From Anaerolineae bacterium (lineage in GTDB: Bacteria > Chloroflexota > Anaerolineae > UBA1429), in NCBI GenBank assembly GCA_963675785.1, contig OY776562.1, positions 3,008,001 through 3,072,000 on the forward strand: a stretch of 64,000 nt of DNA. Reading direction: 5' to 3'. Position 1 is the first letter of the stretch; every line of letters begins with the position of its first letter. The position numbers and the translations under genes are program-made. This document shows positions 29,151 to 38,619 of this stretch, one piece after another. A model generated the notes under the pieces. The model was given only the letters and a program-made list of their open reading frames with translations, made no database searches and had not been told where the DNA came from.

Positions 29151-32120
29151 ATGGATCGAGTCTGGCAGTATCGCCGTATTCGTGCTCAGAAACCAGACCA
29201 GAGCGGGGGGCTGTATGCAGCCCTCCGCTTTATTGTTATTGCGCTGGTTATCCTGCTGTTTGCTAGCTTTGTTTTAATCCTTGCAACAGGCGTAGCGGGT
29301 TATAGCCTGTATGCTTCCTATGTGAATGAGCTTCCCTCGGCTGAAGAGATCAGCCAGGCGAGCACGCAATCATTCGAGACTACCCGTTTGTATGACAGCA
29401 CGGGTGAAACGGTTCTATACGAGATCATAGCGACGGATGAAGGCAATCGCAGTTATGTGTCTTTGTCCGATATCCCTGAGGCACTGCGTTATGGAACCAT
29501 TGCCTCTGAAGACAAGACCTTTTATACGAATCCGGGTGGTTTAAACATCGTGGGTTTGGGGCGTGCTGCATGGGGTGTTATCTCTGGTGACTATGCCGGT
29601 GGTGGCAGCTCGATTACGCAGCAGCTTGTGCGTAACGTGATCATGACTTACGAAGAGCGGACGGATGTCAACTTGGGGCGTAAATTGCAAGAAATGGTGC
29701 TGTCTGTCGAGTTGACTCGGCGTTATCCAGGCACTGAGGGGCGTGACCAGATCTTAGAGTGGTATCTCAACAATATCGAGTATGGCCATATGGCTGTAGG
29801 CGTTCAAGCGGCAGCTCAGACCTATTTTGGCAAAGATGTGCAGGATCTCTCATTGGCTGAATGTGCCATGCTGGTACCAGTTGGGAATAGCCCTGCGCTA
29901 AACCCCATTGATGCGTTCGATGAAGCCAAGAGCCGTCAAGAAATCGTGCTTGATGAACTGTACTTGCAGGGCTATATCACAGCCGAAGAGGCCTACGAAG
30001 CCAAGCAAGAAGAAGTCGTCATCATACCTGCGACTTATGATATGATTGCCCCGCACTATGTGCTTTATGTGCGCGATCAACTCGAAGAGATGTTTGGCTC
30101 GGACGCTGTATATGGTGGTGGTCTGCAAGTCATTACTGCTGTGGATTTAGACATCCAAGAAAAGGCCAATGAATATGCCCAGCAGCAAATTGACGAAATC
30201 GGTGCGACCTATGAGGCCACCAATGCGGCTGTCGTAGTCATTGATGCTCAGACGGGTGAACTCAAAGCGCTTGTTGGCAGCCTGGATTACGATAATGACG
30301 AAATCGACGGTCAAGTGAATATGGCGCTCAGTGGACGCCAACCGGGCTCTAGCTTTAAACCATTCGTCTATGCTACAGGCTTTCAGCAGGGTTATACGGC
30401 GGCGACGATGGTTATGGATGTCCCCACGAGTTTTTCCGATTATCCCAACCTTGTGCCCTATACCCCAGAGAACTATTCCCGTACTTATCATGGCCCACTG
30501 TTGCTTCGTCAGGCATTAGGCTGTTCATACAACATTCCTGCTGTGTGGCTGGCCCAACAAGTTGGCACGGATGCGGTTGTGGATACGGCCCGTACGATGG
30601 GCATTACCTCGCTGACCGACACTACATATGGCCTTTCATTGGCACTAGGCAGTGCTTCTGTTTCCTTGTTGGATATGACTTATGCTTTTAGCGTCTTTGC
30701 CAACAATGGCGTGATGGTTGGTACTGAAGTGCCTGAATCTGCTCAAGTGGAAGGCTTGCGAACGCTGAATCCTGCTTGCATTCTCGAAGTCCGAGACGCT
30801 GAGGGGAACTTGCTCTACAAGTATGATGAACCGACGAAAAAAGCGGTTATCAGCTCTGAAGTGGCTTTTCTTGTGACGGACATTCTCTCCGATAACAATG
30901 CCCGTGCGCAGGCTTTTGGCGTCGATAATGACCTGACTTTGGAGGATCGTCCGGTAGCTGCCAAGACTGGAACCACCAACGACTATCACGATGCTTGGAC
31001 CGTAGGCTTTACGCCGCAGTATGTAGTAGGCGTTTGGGTTGGCAATTCAGACTACACCGAGATGAAAAATGCCTCGGGTGTCAGGGTGGCAGCGCCGATC
31101 TGGAATAGCCTCATGACCTGGTTACACGAGGATCTTCCGGTGGAGAGTTTTACGCGACCGCCTGGAATTGTCACCGAGGTGATTGATGCGACTTCGGGCA
31201 AGCTGCCAACTGAGAACTCGTCAACGCTGATACAAGAACTCTTTATCGAAGGTACAGAACCGACGGAAGAGGATGATGTGCATCAGACCTATCGCATCTG
31301 TACGGAATCGGGCAAACTGGCAACAGAATACTGTCCCGAGGAATCCGTAATAGAAGTGGTGTACAACGTATATCCAGCCGAAGCCGACGACTGGGTGCGC
31401 GAGGAGGGCATCGCCCAACCTCCCACCGAAATCTGCGATCTGCACGGTCCCAGCCTGACCAACACGCCAGTAGCCATTACGGCTCCTGCAATTTTCGATA
31501 CAATTCAGGGGATCGTCGAGGTTACTGGTAACGCGACAGCGGATGGTTTTGAACGTTACTATCTAGAGTACGGCGAGGGAATGACGCCCTTATCCTGGGC
31601 TCGCATTGGCAGTGAGCACGGCAACACTGTAGGGAATGGCGTGCTCGAATACTGGGACACGACCGGTTTAGAGGGCCTTTACACTTTGAGGTTGAACGTG
31701 GTTGCCTCGGGGCAGGTTAAACAGTTTACCAGCCAAGTTGTTGTGGATAATGCTGTCCCTGAAGTTGTGCTCTTGTCTCCAGAGGCCGATCAAGAGTTTG
31801 AATACGTCGATGATGAGTGGATCAGCTTTTATGTGGTTGTTGCTGACAATGTTTCGATATCCAAGGTTGAATACTATGTGGATGGACAACTTGTCGACTA
31901 TACCACAGTAGCGCCCTTCTCTATTCGAGTTTTGCTGCCCAAAACCGCACAAGAGGAGGAACCAGTTGCCGAAGGTGAGCAAGCGATTGTTGATCCCACT
32001 GCACTTGGGGAGCACAGCTGCTATGCTATCGTCTATGATGCGGCTGGCAACTCCGTCGAAAGCGAATCGGTGACTTATAAAGTGGTATCCTACAATCCTT
32101 ATGATGATGAGGATGAGTAG
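29151..32120 (+). CDS. Class A penicillin-binding protein (PBP1A) with C-terminal Ig-like domains
   Basis: TM anchor; GT51 motifs EDKTFY, GGSSITQQL, RKLQE; transpeptidase SSFK, SYN, KTG. Confidence 0.94.
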   Translation: MDRVWQYRRIRAQKPDQSGGLYAALRFIVIALVILLFASFVLILATGVAGYSLYASYVNELPSAEEISQASTQSFETTRLYDSTGETVLYEIIATDEGNRSYVSLSDIPEALRYGTIASEDKTFYTNPGGLNIVGLGRAAWGVISGDYAGGGSSITQQLVRNVIMTYEERTDVNLGRKLQEMVLSVELTRRYPGTEGRDQILEWYLNNIEYGHMAVGVQAAAQTYFGKDVQDLSLAECAMLVPVGNSPALNPIDAFDEAKSRQEIVLDELYLQGYITAEEAYEAKQEEVVIIPATYDMIAPHYVLYVRDQLEEMFGSDAVYGGGLQVITAVDLDIQEKANEYAQQQIDEIGATYEATNAAVVVIDAQTGELKALVGSLDYDNDEIDGQVNMALSGRQPGSSFKPFVYATGFQQGYTAATMVMDVPTSFSDYPNLVPYTPENYSRTYHGPLLLRQALGCSYNIPAVWLAQQVGTDAVVDTARTMGITSLTDTTYGLSLALGSASVSLLDMTYAFSVFANNGVMVGTEVPESAQVEGLRTLNPACILEVRDAEGNLLYKYDEPTKKAVISSEVAFLVTDILSDNNARAQAFGVDNDLTLEDRPVAAKTGTTNDYHDAWTVGFTPQYVVGVWVGNSDYTEMKNASGVRVAAPIWNSLMTWLHEDLPVESFTRPPGIVTEVIDATSGKLPTENSSTLIQELFIEGTEPTEEDDVHQTYRICTESGKLATEYCPEESVIEVVYNVYPAEADDWVREEGIAQPPTEICDLHGPSLTNTPVAITAPAIFDTIQGIVEVTGNATADGFERYYLEYGEGMTPLSWARIGSEHGNTVGNGVLEYWDTTGLEGLYTLRLNVVASGQVKQFTSQVVVDNAVPEVVLLSPEADQEFEYVDDEWISFYVVVADNVSISKVEYYVDGQLVDYTTVAPFSIRVLLPKTAQEEEPVAEGEQAIVDPTALGEHSCYAIVYDAAGNSVESESVTYKVVSYNPYDDEDE

Positions 32121-32177
32121 TCAGATACTGGATGAGAGTGTTCATCAAAAGTCTCTGACTTCAAGTAGCTAGAATGC

Positions 32178-32219
32178 AAAGGGGGATTGTTCGGTGAAGA
32201 ACAATCCCCCTTTTCTTTT
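32178..32219. terminator. Intrinsic terminator
   Basis: aaagggggattgttc / gaacaatcccccttt hairpin plus T run. Confidence 0.85.
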
Positions 32220-32377
32220 GAGCTTGATTTTGCAAAGCATTATGACAGAACTCTTTGAGTGAAACAGGCAAGGGGCATGGGAGGTGATGATGGAAAGGAC
32301 ACGGATTATCGAACTACCGAAATGAAAAATTATATTTCTATTGTGATCAAATAGAAGCGAGTGATGAATCCCAATAC

Positions 32378-34075
32378 TTACTCTTTTTCCAGATGATCCT
32401 GGGGTTCAACCACGATCGTTTGCTCATGTGTATAGGTGACCATGCCGGGTTTTCCGCCGGGCATGTGTTTAACATAGCGGCGTTCGCAGAAATCGACTTG
32501 AACTCGGTTGGAATCCTGAGCGCTAGAATAAAAGGCGGCAAGTTCTGCCGCGAATAGAAGGGCATCATCCGAGAGTGCATTACTGCTGCGCAGGATGACA
32601 TGCGAGCCGGGTACACCGTGGGCATGAAGCCAAATATCGCTGGAATTGGCCAGATGAAAGGTAACTTTGTCGTTTTCCTGACTGTTTCTTCCCATCAGAA
32701 CTATTGTGCCATCTGGAGCCTCAAGCCGGTGTGGCTCACTGCGCTTGGGGCGCGAGCGTTTCTTATCGGGCTTGAGATAGCCATTCTCAATAAGTGCTTG
32801 TTCGACCTGATCGATTTGGTTCCGATCTTTGGCCAAGTTAAGATCGGAGGCCAGTTGGGCAATAAAGGCTAATTCTTCCCGAGTCTGTTCGATGAGTTCG
32901 GGAACTTGGAAAGCAGCGTCACGTCGCTTGCGATACTTGGCAAAGAGCTGTTGCGCATTTTCAGATGCGGACAAGGCGGGATCAAGGGGAATATGCCACG
33001 TTTCTTCTGAATCCATATCAAACAAAGAAGCTTTGACCATTAGCTCGGTTTGCCCCGGTACAATCTCATAGGCCATGGCGAATACGGCATTACCATACTG
33101 CTGGATGCGCTCAATTTCCTCTTTTGGTACCAGCGAATCTTGCAAGGATGCGAGTTTGCCTTCCAGTTTACCTTTTTGATCGTCCAGCAATGCACGAACA
33201 CGAGTGCGAGCCTGGCCGTACATATCGGATTTGCCGCGTGCTGTTTCTGCAAGAAGGATGGCCTCGGAAATGCTGCCTACCTGCTCATAGTCCCCAAGAT
33301 GGGTAAGCAAATAGGGCGCGTATTGCTTTTGTGCGGCGATATTGGCACAATCGCTACTAAGGCTTTGTTCCCACAGGCTTGCAGTTGCTTGAGTAATCTG
33401 ATCATAGAGGTTGGATGATGGCGTATAGTCTGTTGTAGAACCACTGGCCCTAAAGGCGATCTCACGGGCGGCAAGAGGACTGAGTCCGCCGATTATATCT
33501 ACAACTTTTTGCCATAATGCATCGCGGTCGCTACTGTCCAGCGCCTCGCCCAGCTCGCCGCTTACAAGTTTTAGCGGATTGAGCTTGTCTTGCGGTGGTG
33601 GAGGCGCATAAGGTTTACGCGGCAGAATGGTGCGTACGCGATTGACTGAGGCAGGCACACGGTGCATCGAATCGAGAATCAGGCCCTCTGAATCGACCAG
33701 AATCACATTCGACAGCCTCCCCATCATCTCGCAGACGAGCAGTGTGGCGCCCTCTGGTCCCTCAAAGTGAAACGTGAGAATGCGCTCTAATTCGGGTTGC
33801 TCTATGCTAACCAGGCGGGCACCCCGAACGTATTTGCGCAGCAGTTGTTCGAGCGGGCTGGGCGCTTTGGTGCCGCGACGGGGCTTTTCCTCTGTTAGGG
33901 CGATGTATGGGTTTTGCGGGTTGGCACTGATCAGCAGGTTTGTGCGTGAACCGGCATAGATCTCTAGGCCAATGCTGTGCGCTGAGGATTGTACGATGCG
34001 CTGCACTCGTCCGGGGATAATTTGTTTTATTAGTTCTAACCTGACGGCTGTCGTTGTGAGTGTATCAAAGGGCAT
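32378..34075 (-). CDS. rqcH: NFACT family ribosome quality control protein RqcH (FbpA/Rqc2)
   Basis: MPFD start, LRKYVRGARL, EMMGRLSN, IPLDP.LS..ENAQ, GRNSQEND, WLHAHGVPGSHV, KPGMVTY. Confidence 0.92.
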   Translation of the reverse strand: MPFDTLTTTAVRLELIKQIIPGRVQRIVQSSAHSIGLEIYAGSRTNLLISANPQNPYIALTEEKPRRGTKAPSPLEQLLRKYVRGARLVSIEQPELERILTFHFEGPEGATLLVCEMMGRLSNVILVDSEGLILDSMHRVPASVNRVRTILPRKPYAPPPPQDKLNPLKLVSGELGEALDSSDRDALWQKVVDIIGGLSPLAAREIAFRASGSTTDYTPSSNLYDQITQATASLWEQSLSSDCANIAAQKQYAPYLLTHLGDYEQVGSISEAILLAETARGKSDMYGQARTRVRALLDDQKGKLEGKLASLQDSLVPKEEIERIQQYGNAVFAMAYEIVPGQTELMVKASLFDMDSEETWHIPLDPALSASENAQQLFAKYRKRRDAAFQVPELIEQTREELAFIAQLASDLNLAKDRNQIDQVEQALIENGYLKPDKKRSRPKRSEPHRLEAPDGTIVLMGRNSQENDKVTFHLANSSDIWLHAHGVPGSHVILRSSNALSDDALLFAAELAAFYSSAQDSNRVQVDFCERRYVKHMPGGKPGMVTYTHEQTIVVEPQDHLEKE

Positions 34076-35097
34076 CAGTCAGTTCCCTCCATAAAGTCGT
34101 CAATGACGTCCAAGAGGTCTTGCCCGGTGTAGCTGCTGCGAACACGGATTCTAGAGAGCTCAAATAGACCCTCATTCGATTGGATTACATCCTGATTGAC
34201 GGTGGTCGCCCCCCAGTAGTTTGCGGATTTGAGCACGTCGATGACGAGCTCATCATAGGAGCCGCCGGGGTAGCAAAAGAAGCGGACTGGAACGCCCGTG
34301 CGTTCTTCGATGGCTTGCTTGGGACCAAGTATTTGCCAGACGAGATAATCGACATCTTTGCCGCTCAGGTCGGCGTGGTTATAGCTGTGGCTTTCGATAG
34401 ACATGCCCGCCTGGGACATCTCGGCCACCTGCTCCCAGGTGACATAATCTGGCCGGCCTTCATCCAGATAGCCTGTGATGACAAAGAAGGTTGCCACCAT
34501 GTCGTACTCTTGCAGGATGGGGAAGGCATTTTCATAGTTATCTCGATAGCCGTCATCAAAAGTCAGGATGATGGGCTTGTCTGGTAAGGTCTGGCCCGTT
34601 TGTAGAGCGAACACCAGGTCATAGAGCGTAATCGTGGTATAGCCGGCTGCATCTAGGGCAGCTAACTGCTCATGAAAGGTTTCAGGCGAGGTAGAAAGAT
34701 CGATGCGCACATCGTCAGCATCTGTCGGAGGTGTGCAGATATAGTGATACATGAGAATGGGCACATCAAGTTCACGCGCCACGCCATCAGGTGTCGGCAT
34801 AGGCACGGCAGTTGGGGTCATTGTTGGTGTTTGTGTGGCCGTTGCTGTGGCCGTGGTGAGGGAAACCACCTTTGTCATCGTTAAAGTAGCAGTAGCTGTC
34901 GCAGTAGCAGTTGGTGGTACAAGCGTTGCTGTGATCGTCGGCGTTGCTGTTGATTTTTTGATGAGGGGCGTCGGCGAATCAGGCTGTTTGGCCGAGACAG
35001 TAGAACAGGCCCCGAGAACCAAAACGAGGACAGTCAATAGTACGGCTGTCCAGGGCGATGTTTGATGGTCTGAATTGCGTTTTGGCCTCAGTTTCAT
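34075..35097 (-). CDS. Polysaccharide deacetylase (CE4) lipoprotein
   Basis: Lipobox LGAC, Thr/Pro linker, PILMYH, TFDDGY, HSYNH, YPGG; TGATG overlap with rqcH. Confidence 0.88.
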   Translation of the reverse strand: MKLRPKRNSDHQTSPWTAVLLTVLVLVLGACSTVSAKQPDSPTPLIKKSTATPTITATLVPPTATATATATLTMTKVVSLTTATATATQTPTMTPTAVPMPTPDGVARELDVPILMYHYICTPPTDADDVRIDLSTSPETFHEQLAALDAAGYTTITLYDLVFALQTGQTLPDKPIILTFDDGYRDNYENAFPILQEYDMVATFFVITGYLDEGRPDYVTWEQVAEMSQAGMSIESHSYNHADLSGKDVDYLVWQILGPKQAIEERTGVPVRFFCYPGGSYDELVIDVLKSANYWGATTVNQDVIQSNEGLFELSRIRVRSSYTGQDLLDVIDDFMEGTD

Positions 35098-35106
35098 CGT
35101 TTCTAC

Positions 35107-35183
35107 ATGGTAACTTTAGGCTGGCTATGTGTCAAAAGGGGCTTCTAACTCAAATTGACCCGCTCAGACCTCGATGCTACACT
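35107..35183. promoter_or_regulatory. Back-to-back divergent sigma70 promoters
   Basis: Minus strand: TTGACA (35130-35135)-17-TACCAT. Plus strand: TTGACC (35155)-17-TACACT with a TGn extension. Confidence 0.65.
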
Positions 35184-35209
35184 TTTATCATCATTGGAAG
35201 GAGTTACAC

Positions 35210-35782
35210 TTGCGCGTTATCTCTGGTTCAGCCAAGGGTCGGCATTTGTCTTCGGTTCCGGGCACAGGCACACGCCCCATTACAGACCGCGTCAAAGAGA
35301 GCCTTTTTAATATTCTTGGTTCGGATGTGGTCGATTCTACCTGGTTGGATCTCTTTGGTGGAACCGGCAGTGTGGGCATCGAAGCGTTGAGTCGTGGGGC
35401 GACCCATGTGTTGTTCATCGACAAGGCCCGCGTTGCTGTGCAGACGATACACAAGAACCTTGAGCTGACGGGGTTGGAGGATAGGGCCCGCGTTTTGCGA
35501 GCGGACGCCTTTACCTATGTGCAAGGGGCAGCTGCTGATGAAGCTTATGATTATGTGTATGTGGCCCCGCCCCAATACAAAGATATGTGGGCCGAAATGC
35601 TGGCCATGCTCGATGAAAAGCCTCTCTTGGCCGAGCAGGGATTGATTATGGTACAGATTTACCCCAAAGAATATCACGATATCCCTCTAAAGCGGCTAGC
35701 GCTGGTGGATGAGCGCCGTTATGGCGATACCGTGCTCTATTTCTATGAGGAAAAGAGTGCTGTAGAACCTGTGGAGGACTAG
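35210..35782 (+). CDS. rsmD: 16S rRNA (guanine966-N2) methyltransferase
   Basis: LRVISGSAKG, TRPITDRVKESLFN, LDLFGGTGSVGIEALSRGA, RRYGDT; TTG start with SD aaggag. Confidence 0.9.
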   Translation: MRVISGSAKGRHLSSVPGTGTRPITDRVKESLFNILGSDVVDSTWLDLFGGTGSVGIEALSRGATHVLFIDKARVAVQTIHKNLELTGLEDRARVLRADAFTYVQGAAADEAYDYVYVAPPQYKDMWAEMLAMLDEKPLLAEQGLIMVQIYPKEYHDIPLKRLALVDERRYGDTVLYFYEEKSAVEPVED

Positions 35783-36019
35783 TTGGAGTACGAGGTAGCG
35801 GTTGGTGATATTGTCATGCTGCGCAAACCCCACGCCTGTGGAGCGAACGAATGGCGTGTGCGCCGTATTGGTGCTGATATTGGTCTCAACTGCCAGGGTT
35901 GTGGTCGTCGCATCATGATTACGCGTCGGGAGTACTTTCGTCGGGTGAAAAAGGTTTTGTCGGCAGGTCAGCCGGAGGATGCAGCAGAGGCAGCAGATGA
36001 GTTTGAATTATTCCCTTGA
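35783..36019 (+). CDS. DUF951 domain protein
   Basis: GDIVMLRKPHACGANEW...GADIGLNCQGCGRRIM. Confidence 0.88.
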   Translation: MEYEVAVGDIVMLRKPHACGANEWRVRRIGADIGLNCQGCGRRIMITRREYFRRVKKVLSAGQPEDAAEAADEFELFP

Positions 36020-37370
36020 TGATACCATCGCCGCTATTTCAACGCCCCAAGGCGCCGGTGGCATCGGCATCGTCCGGCTCTCTGGGCCCGAAGCGCTTGT
36101 TATCACTAACAAGCTATTTATGCCGGCGAACAAAGAGTGGCGTTTCCCCGAGACTCACCGCCTCTATTATGGCCATATCAAGGCTCCTGAAACAGGCCAG
36201 AACGTGGACGAGGCCCTAGTGAGTTATATGATAGCTCCACATTCTTATACCTGCCAGGATGTCGTCGAGATCAACCTTCATGGCGGCCCCTTGGTAGTGA
36301 GGCGCGTGTTGACTCTCGCCTTGTTTGAGGGTGCTCGGCTGGCCGAGCCTGGCGAATTTACGTTGAGAGCCTTTGCCAATGGCAGAATCGATCTGGCTCA
36401 AGCCGAGGCGGTGATGGATGTCATCTCGGCTGGCGGCGAACGGGCGCTTACTCAGGCCGTTCATCAATTGGAGGGCCATCTCTCTAGCCGTGTGACGCAA
36501 ATCCGCAAGCTTTTGCTCGATGTGCTGGTCCATCTCGAAGCGGGCATGGATTTTCCACAGGATGAGATACCGTCTGTTGATGTTATCGATAATCTCGATG
36601 CTGCGAGTGAAGGGCTCTGCGAACTTTTGACTGATGCGGATTCGGGCGTGCTAATTCGGCAAGGGGTGCGAGTGGCTTTGGCGGGCTTGCCCAATGTGGG
36701 CAAGAGCAGTTTGCTCAACCGGCTGCTCGAGTTTGAGCGGGCCATCGTCACCGAGATTCCCGGCACCACGCGCGATACGCTTGAAGAAACACTGGTTATC
36801 CAAGGCGTGACTTTTGTATTGGTAGATACTGCTGGTATTGCTGCCAGCGATGACCCTATCGAACGCATTGGTGTGGCTCGTAGTCGTCAGGCGATGACCG
36901 AGGCCGACCTGGTTTTGTTGGTAGTGGATGGTCATACTCCCCCCTTGGACGAGGAGCAGCTTTTGGCCGATGAACTCGCCGCTGTGGCGGGGATTGTGGT
37001 TTGCAACAAAAGCGATCTAACCCCTTGTTATGATTACGTAGATTTTCTGCCAGCGCTGCCTCATATCTCTATCTCAGCTTTGACGGGTGATGGTCTTGTT
37101 GAATTGCGGCAGGCCATGCTAGAGGTTACGGTGGGAGCTGCATCAGAGGGTGGTGGTGCGCTCGTGACCAACCCTCGTCATGAGGCGTTGTTGCATGTCG
37201 CGCTAACTAGTGTGAGTGACGCATTGGTGGCGGCGAAAGAAGCTCTTCCCGATGAGATGGTGGCCATCGACGTACGCGAGGCCGTTCATTACTTGGGGCT
37301 GATTACCGGCGAAAATGCCGATGAAGAACTCTTGGACACGATTTTCAGCACGTTTTGTATCGGCAAATAG
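35997..37370 (+). CDS. mnmE: tRNA modification GTPase MnmE
   Basis: DTIAAISTP, GEFTLRAF.NG, GLPNVGKS, IPGTTRD, DTAG, NKSD, C-terminal FCIGK. Confidence 0.97.
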   Translation: MSLNYSLDDTIAAISTPQGAGGIGIVRLSGPEALVITNKLFMPANKEWRFPETHRLYYGHIKAPETGQNVDEALVSYMIAPHSYTCQDVVEINLHGGPLVVRRVLTLALFEGARLAEPGEFTLRAFANGRIDLAQAEAVMDVISAGGERALTQAVHQLEGHLSSRVTQIRKLLLDVLVHLEAGMDFPQDEIPSVDVIDNLDAASEGLCELLTDADSGVLIRQGVRVALAGLPNVGKSSLLNRLLEFERAIVTEIPGTTRDTLEETLVIQGVTFVLVDTAGIAASDDPIERIGVARSRQAMTEADLVLLVVDGHTPPLDEEQLLADELAAVAGIVVCNKSDLTPCYDYVDFLPALPHISISALTGDGLVELRQAMLEVTVGAASEGGGALVTNPRHEALLHVALTSVSDALVAAKEALPDEMVAIDVREAVHYLGLITGENADEELLDTIFSTFCIGK

Positions 37371-37379
37371 GGGGCTGGT

Positions 37380-38453
37380 TTGAAGCTAGCGGTAGTTTGT
37401 TCGTACCTTACACAGTACGGCGGGGCTGAACGCGTGCTTGAAGTGATTCACCAGATGTACCCAGAGGCGCCGGTCTATACTTCGATGTATCTTCCCGATC
37501 GTTTGCCGGATGATTATCGAACCTGGGATATCCGCACCACTTGTATGCAGCGCTTGCCCTTCAAGAACAAGCTCAACAAGGCTTATCTGCCTTTGTATCC
37601 CCGCGCTTTTGAGAAACTGGATTTCTCGGGATATGATACAGTGCTCTCAGTGACCAGTGGGTTCGCGCACGGGATCGTTACACCTGAATCCACACGGCAC
37701 GTTTGCTATTGCCTGACGCCAGCACGCTTTCTCTGGAATTTCGATGGCTATGTGGCTCGCGAGGGCATGGGTTCTTTCACTCGCAGCCTTTTGCCAGGGC
37801 TCATTCGGCGTCTGGCTGGTTGGGATCGTATGGCTGCCGAGCGCGTGGATGATTTCGTGGCCATATCGACTTGCGTTCAACAGCGCATCCAAAATAGTTA
37901 TGGCAGAGAGTCGAGCATCATCTATCCCCCTGTACGTATTCCTGAGCATTATGAACCAGCAGATGTGGGCGATTATTATCTGGTGGTCTCGCGGCTCATC
38001 CCCTACAAGCGTATTGATCTGGCTGTTCGTGCTTTTACCAAGCTGGGGATTCCCCTGCACATCATCGGCGATGGACGAGACAGGGCGGCACTTGAGGCTG
38101 AAGCTGGACCGAATGTGTCCTTCCTTGGGTTCCTTTCGGATGACGAAGTCGCGGAAGAGATGCGCCACTGCCGAGCTTTTGTCTTTCCTGGTGAAGAGGA
38201 TTTTGGCATTACCCCAGTAGAGGTGATGGGGCGCGGTAGGCCCGTTGTGGCCTATAAAGCAGGCGGCGCCTTGGATACCGTCGTCGAAGGGCTTTGCGGT
38301 ACGTTTTTTGATGAGCCCACTCCCGAATCTTTGGCAGAGGCTATTCAGCGAATCGAGGAAATGACGTTTGATAGCGAAAAAATTGTTGCGCACGCCCGAC
38401 GGTTTGAAGAGAGCCATTTTTGTGAGGCGCTTCGTCAGGAGCTAGAGCGGTAG
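37380..38453 (+). CDS. Glycosyltransferase family 4
   Basis: GGAERVL, SRLIPYKRID, EDFGITPVE. Confidence 0.92.
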   Translation: MKLAVVCSYLTQYGGAERVLEVIHQMYPEAPVYTSMYLPDRLPDDYRTWDIRTTCMQRLPFKNKLNKAYLPLYPRAFEKLDFSGYDTVLSVTSGFAHGIVTPESTRHVCYCLTPARFLWNFDGYVAREGMGSFTRSLLPGLIRRLAGWDRMAAERVDDFVAISTCVQQRIQNSYGRESSIIYPPVRIPEHYEPADVGDYYLVVSRLIPYKRIDLAVRAFTKLGIPLHIIGDGRDRAALEAEAGPNVSFLGFLSDDEVAEEMRHCRAFVFPGEEDFGITPVEVMGRGRPVVAYKAGGALDTVVEGLCGTFFDEPTPESLAEAIQRIEEMTFDSEKIVAHARRFEESHFCEALRQELER

Positions 38454-38477
38454 GTTCACGGGGTATTCCTAATAGAG

Positions 38478-38508
38478 GGTCTGCATCTTACGATGCAGAC
38501 CTTTTTTT
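38478..38508 (+). terminator. Intrinsic terminator
   Basis: ggtctgcatc-ttac-gatgcagacc followed by T7. Confidence 0.85.
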
Positions 38509-38619
38509 CTTGTCGCAACTGTGCCAAGTTGACGGGGTTATAGGGGGGGATGAACGATGTGGCGGTCCCCTTATTCGATCGCGCATCGCAGACTGCAATT
38601 ATCTAGGGGGAAGTTATTC

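Noticed and set aside
34790-34960. Low-complexity repeats (also near 43320-43400, 44520-44620 and 45090-45250)
   Set aside because: They encode Thr/Pro/Ala linkers; there is no fixed repeat-spacer pattern, so no CRISPR or VNTR.
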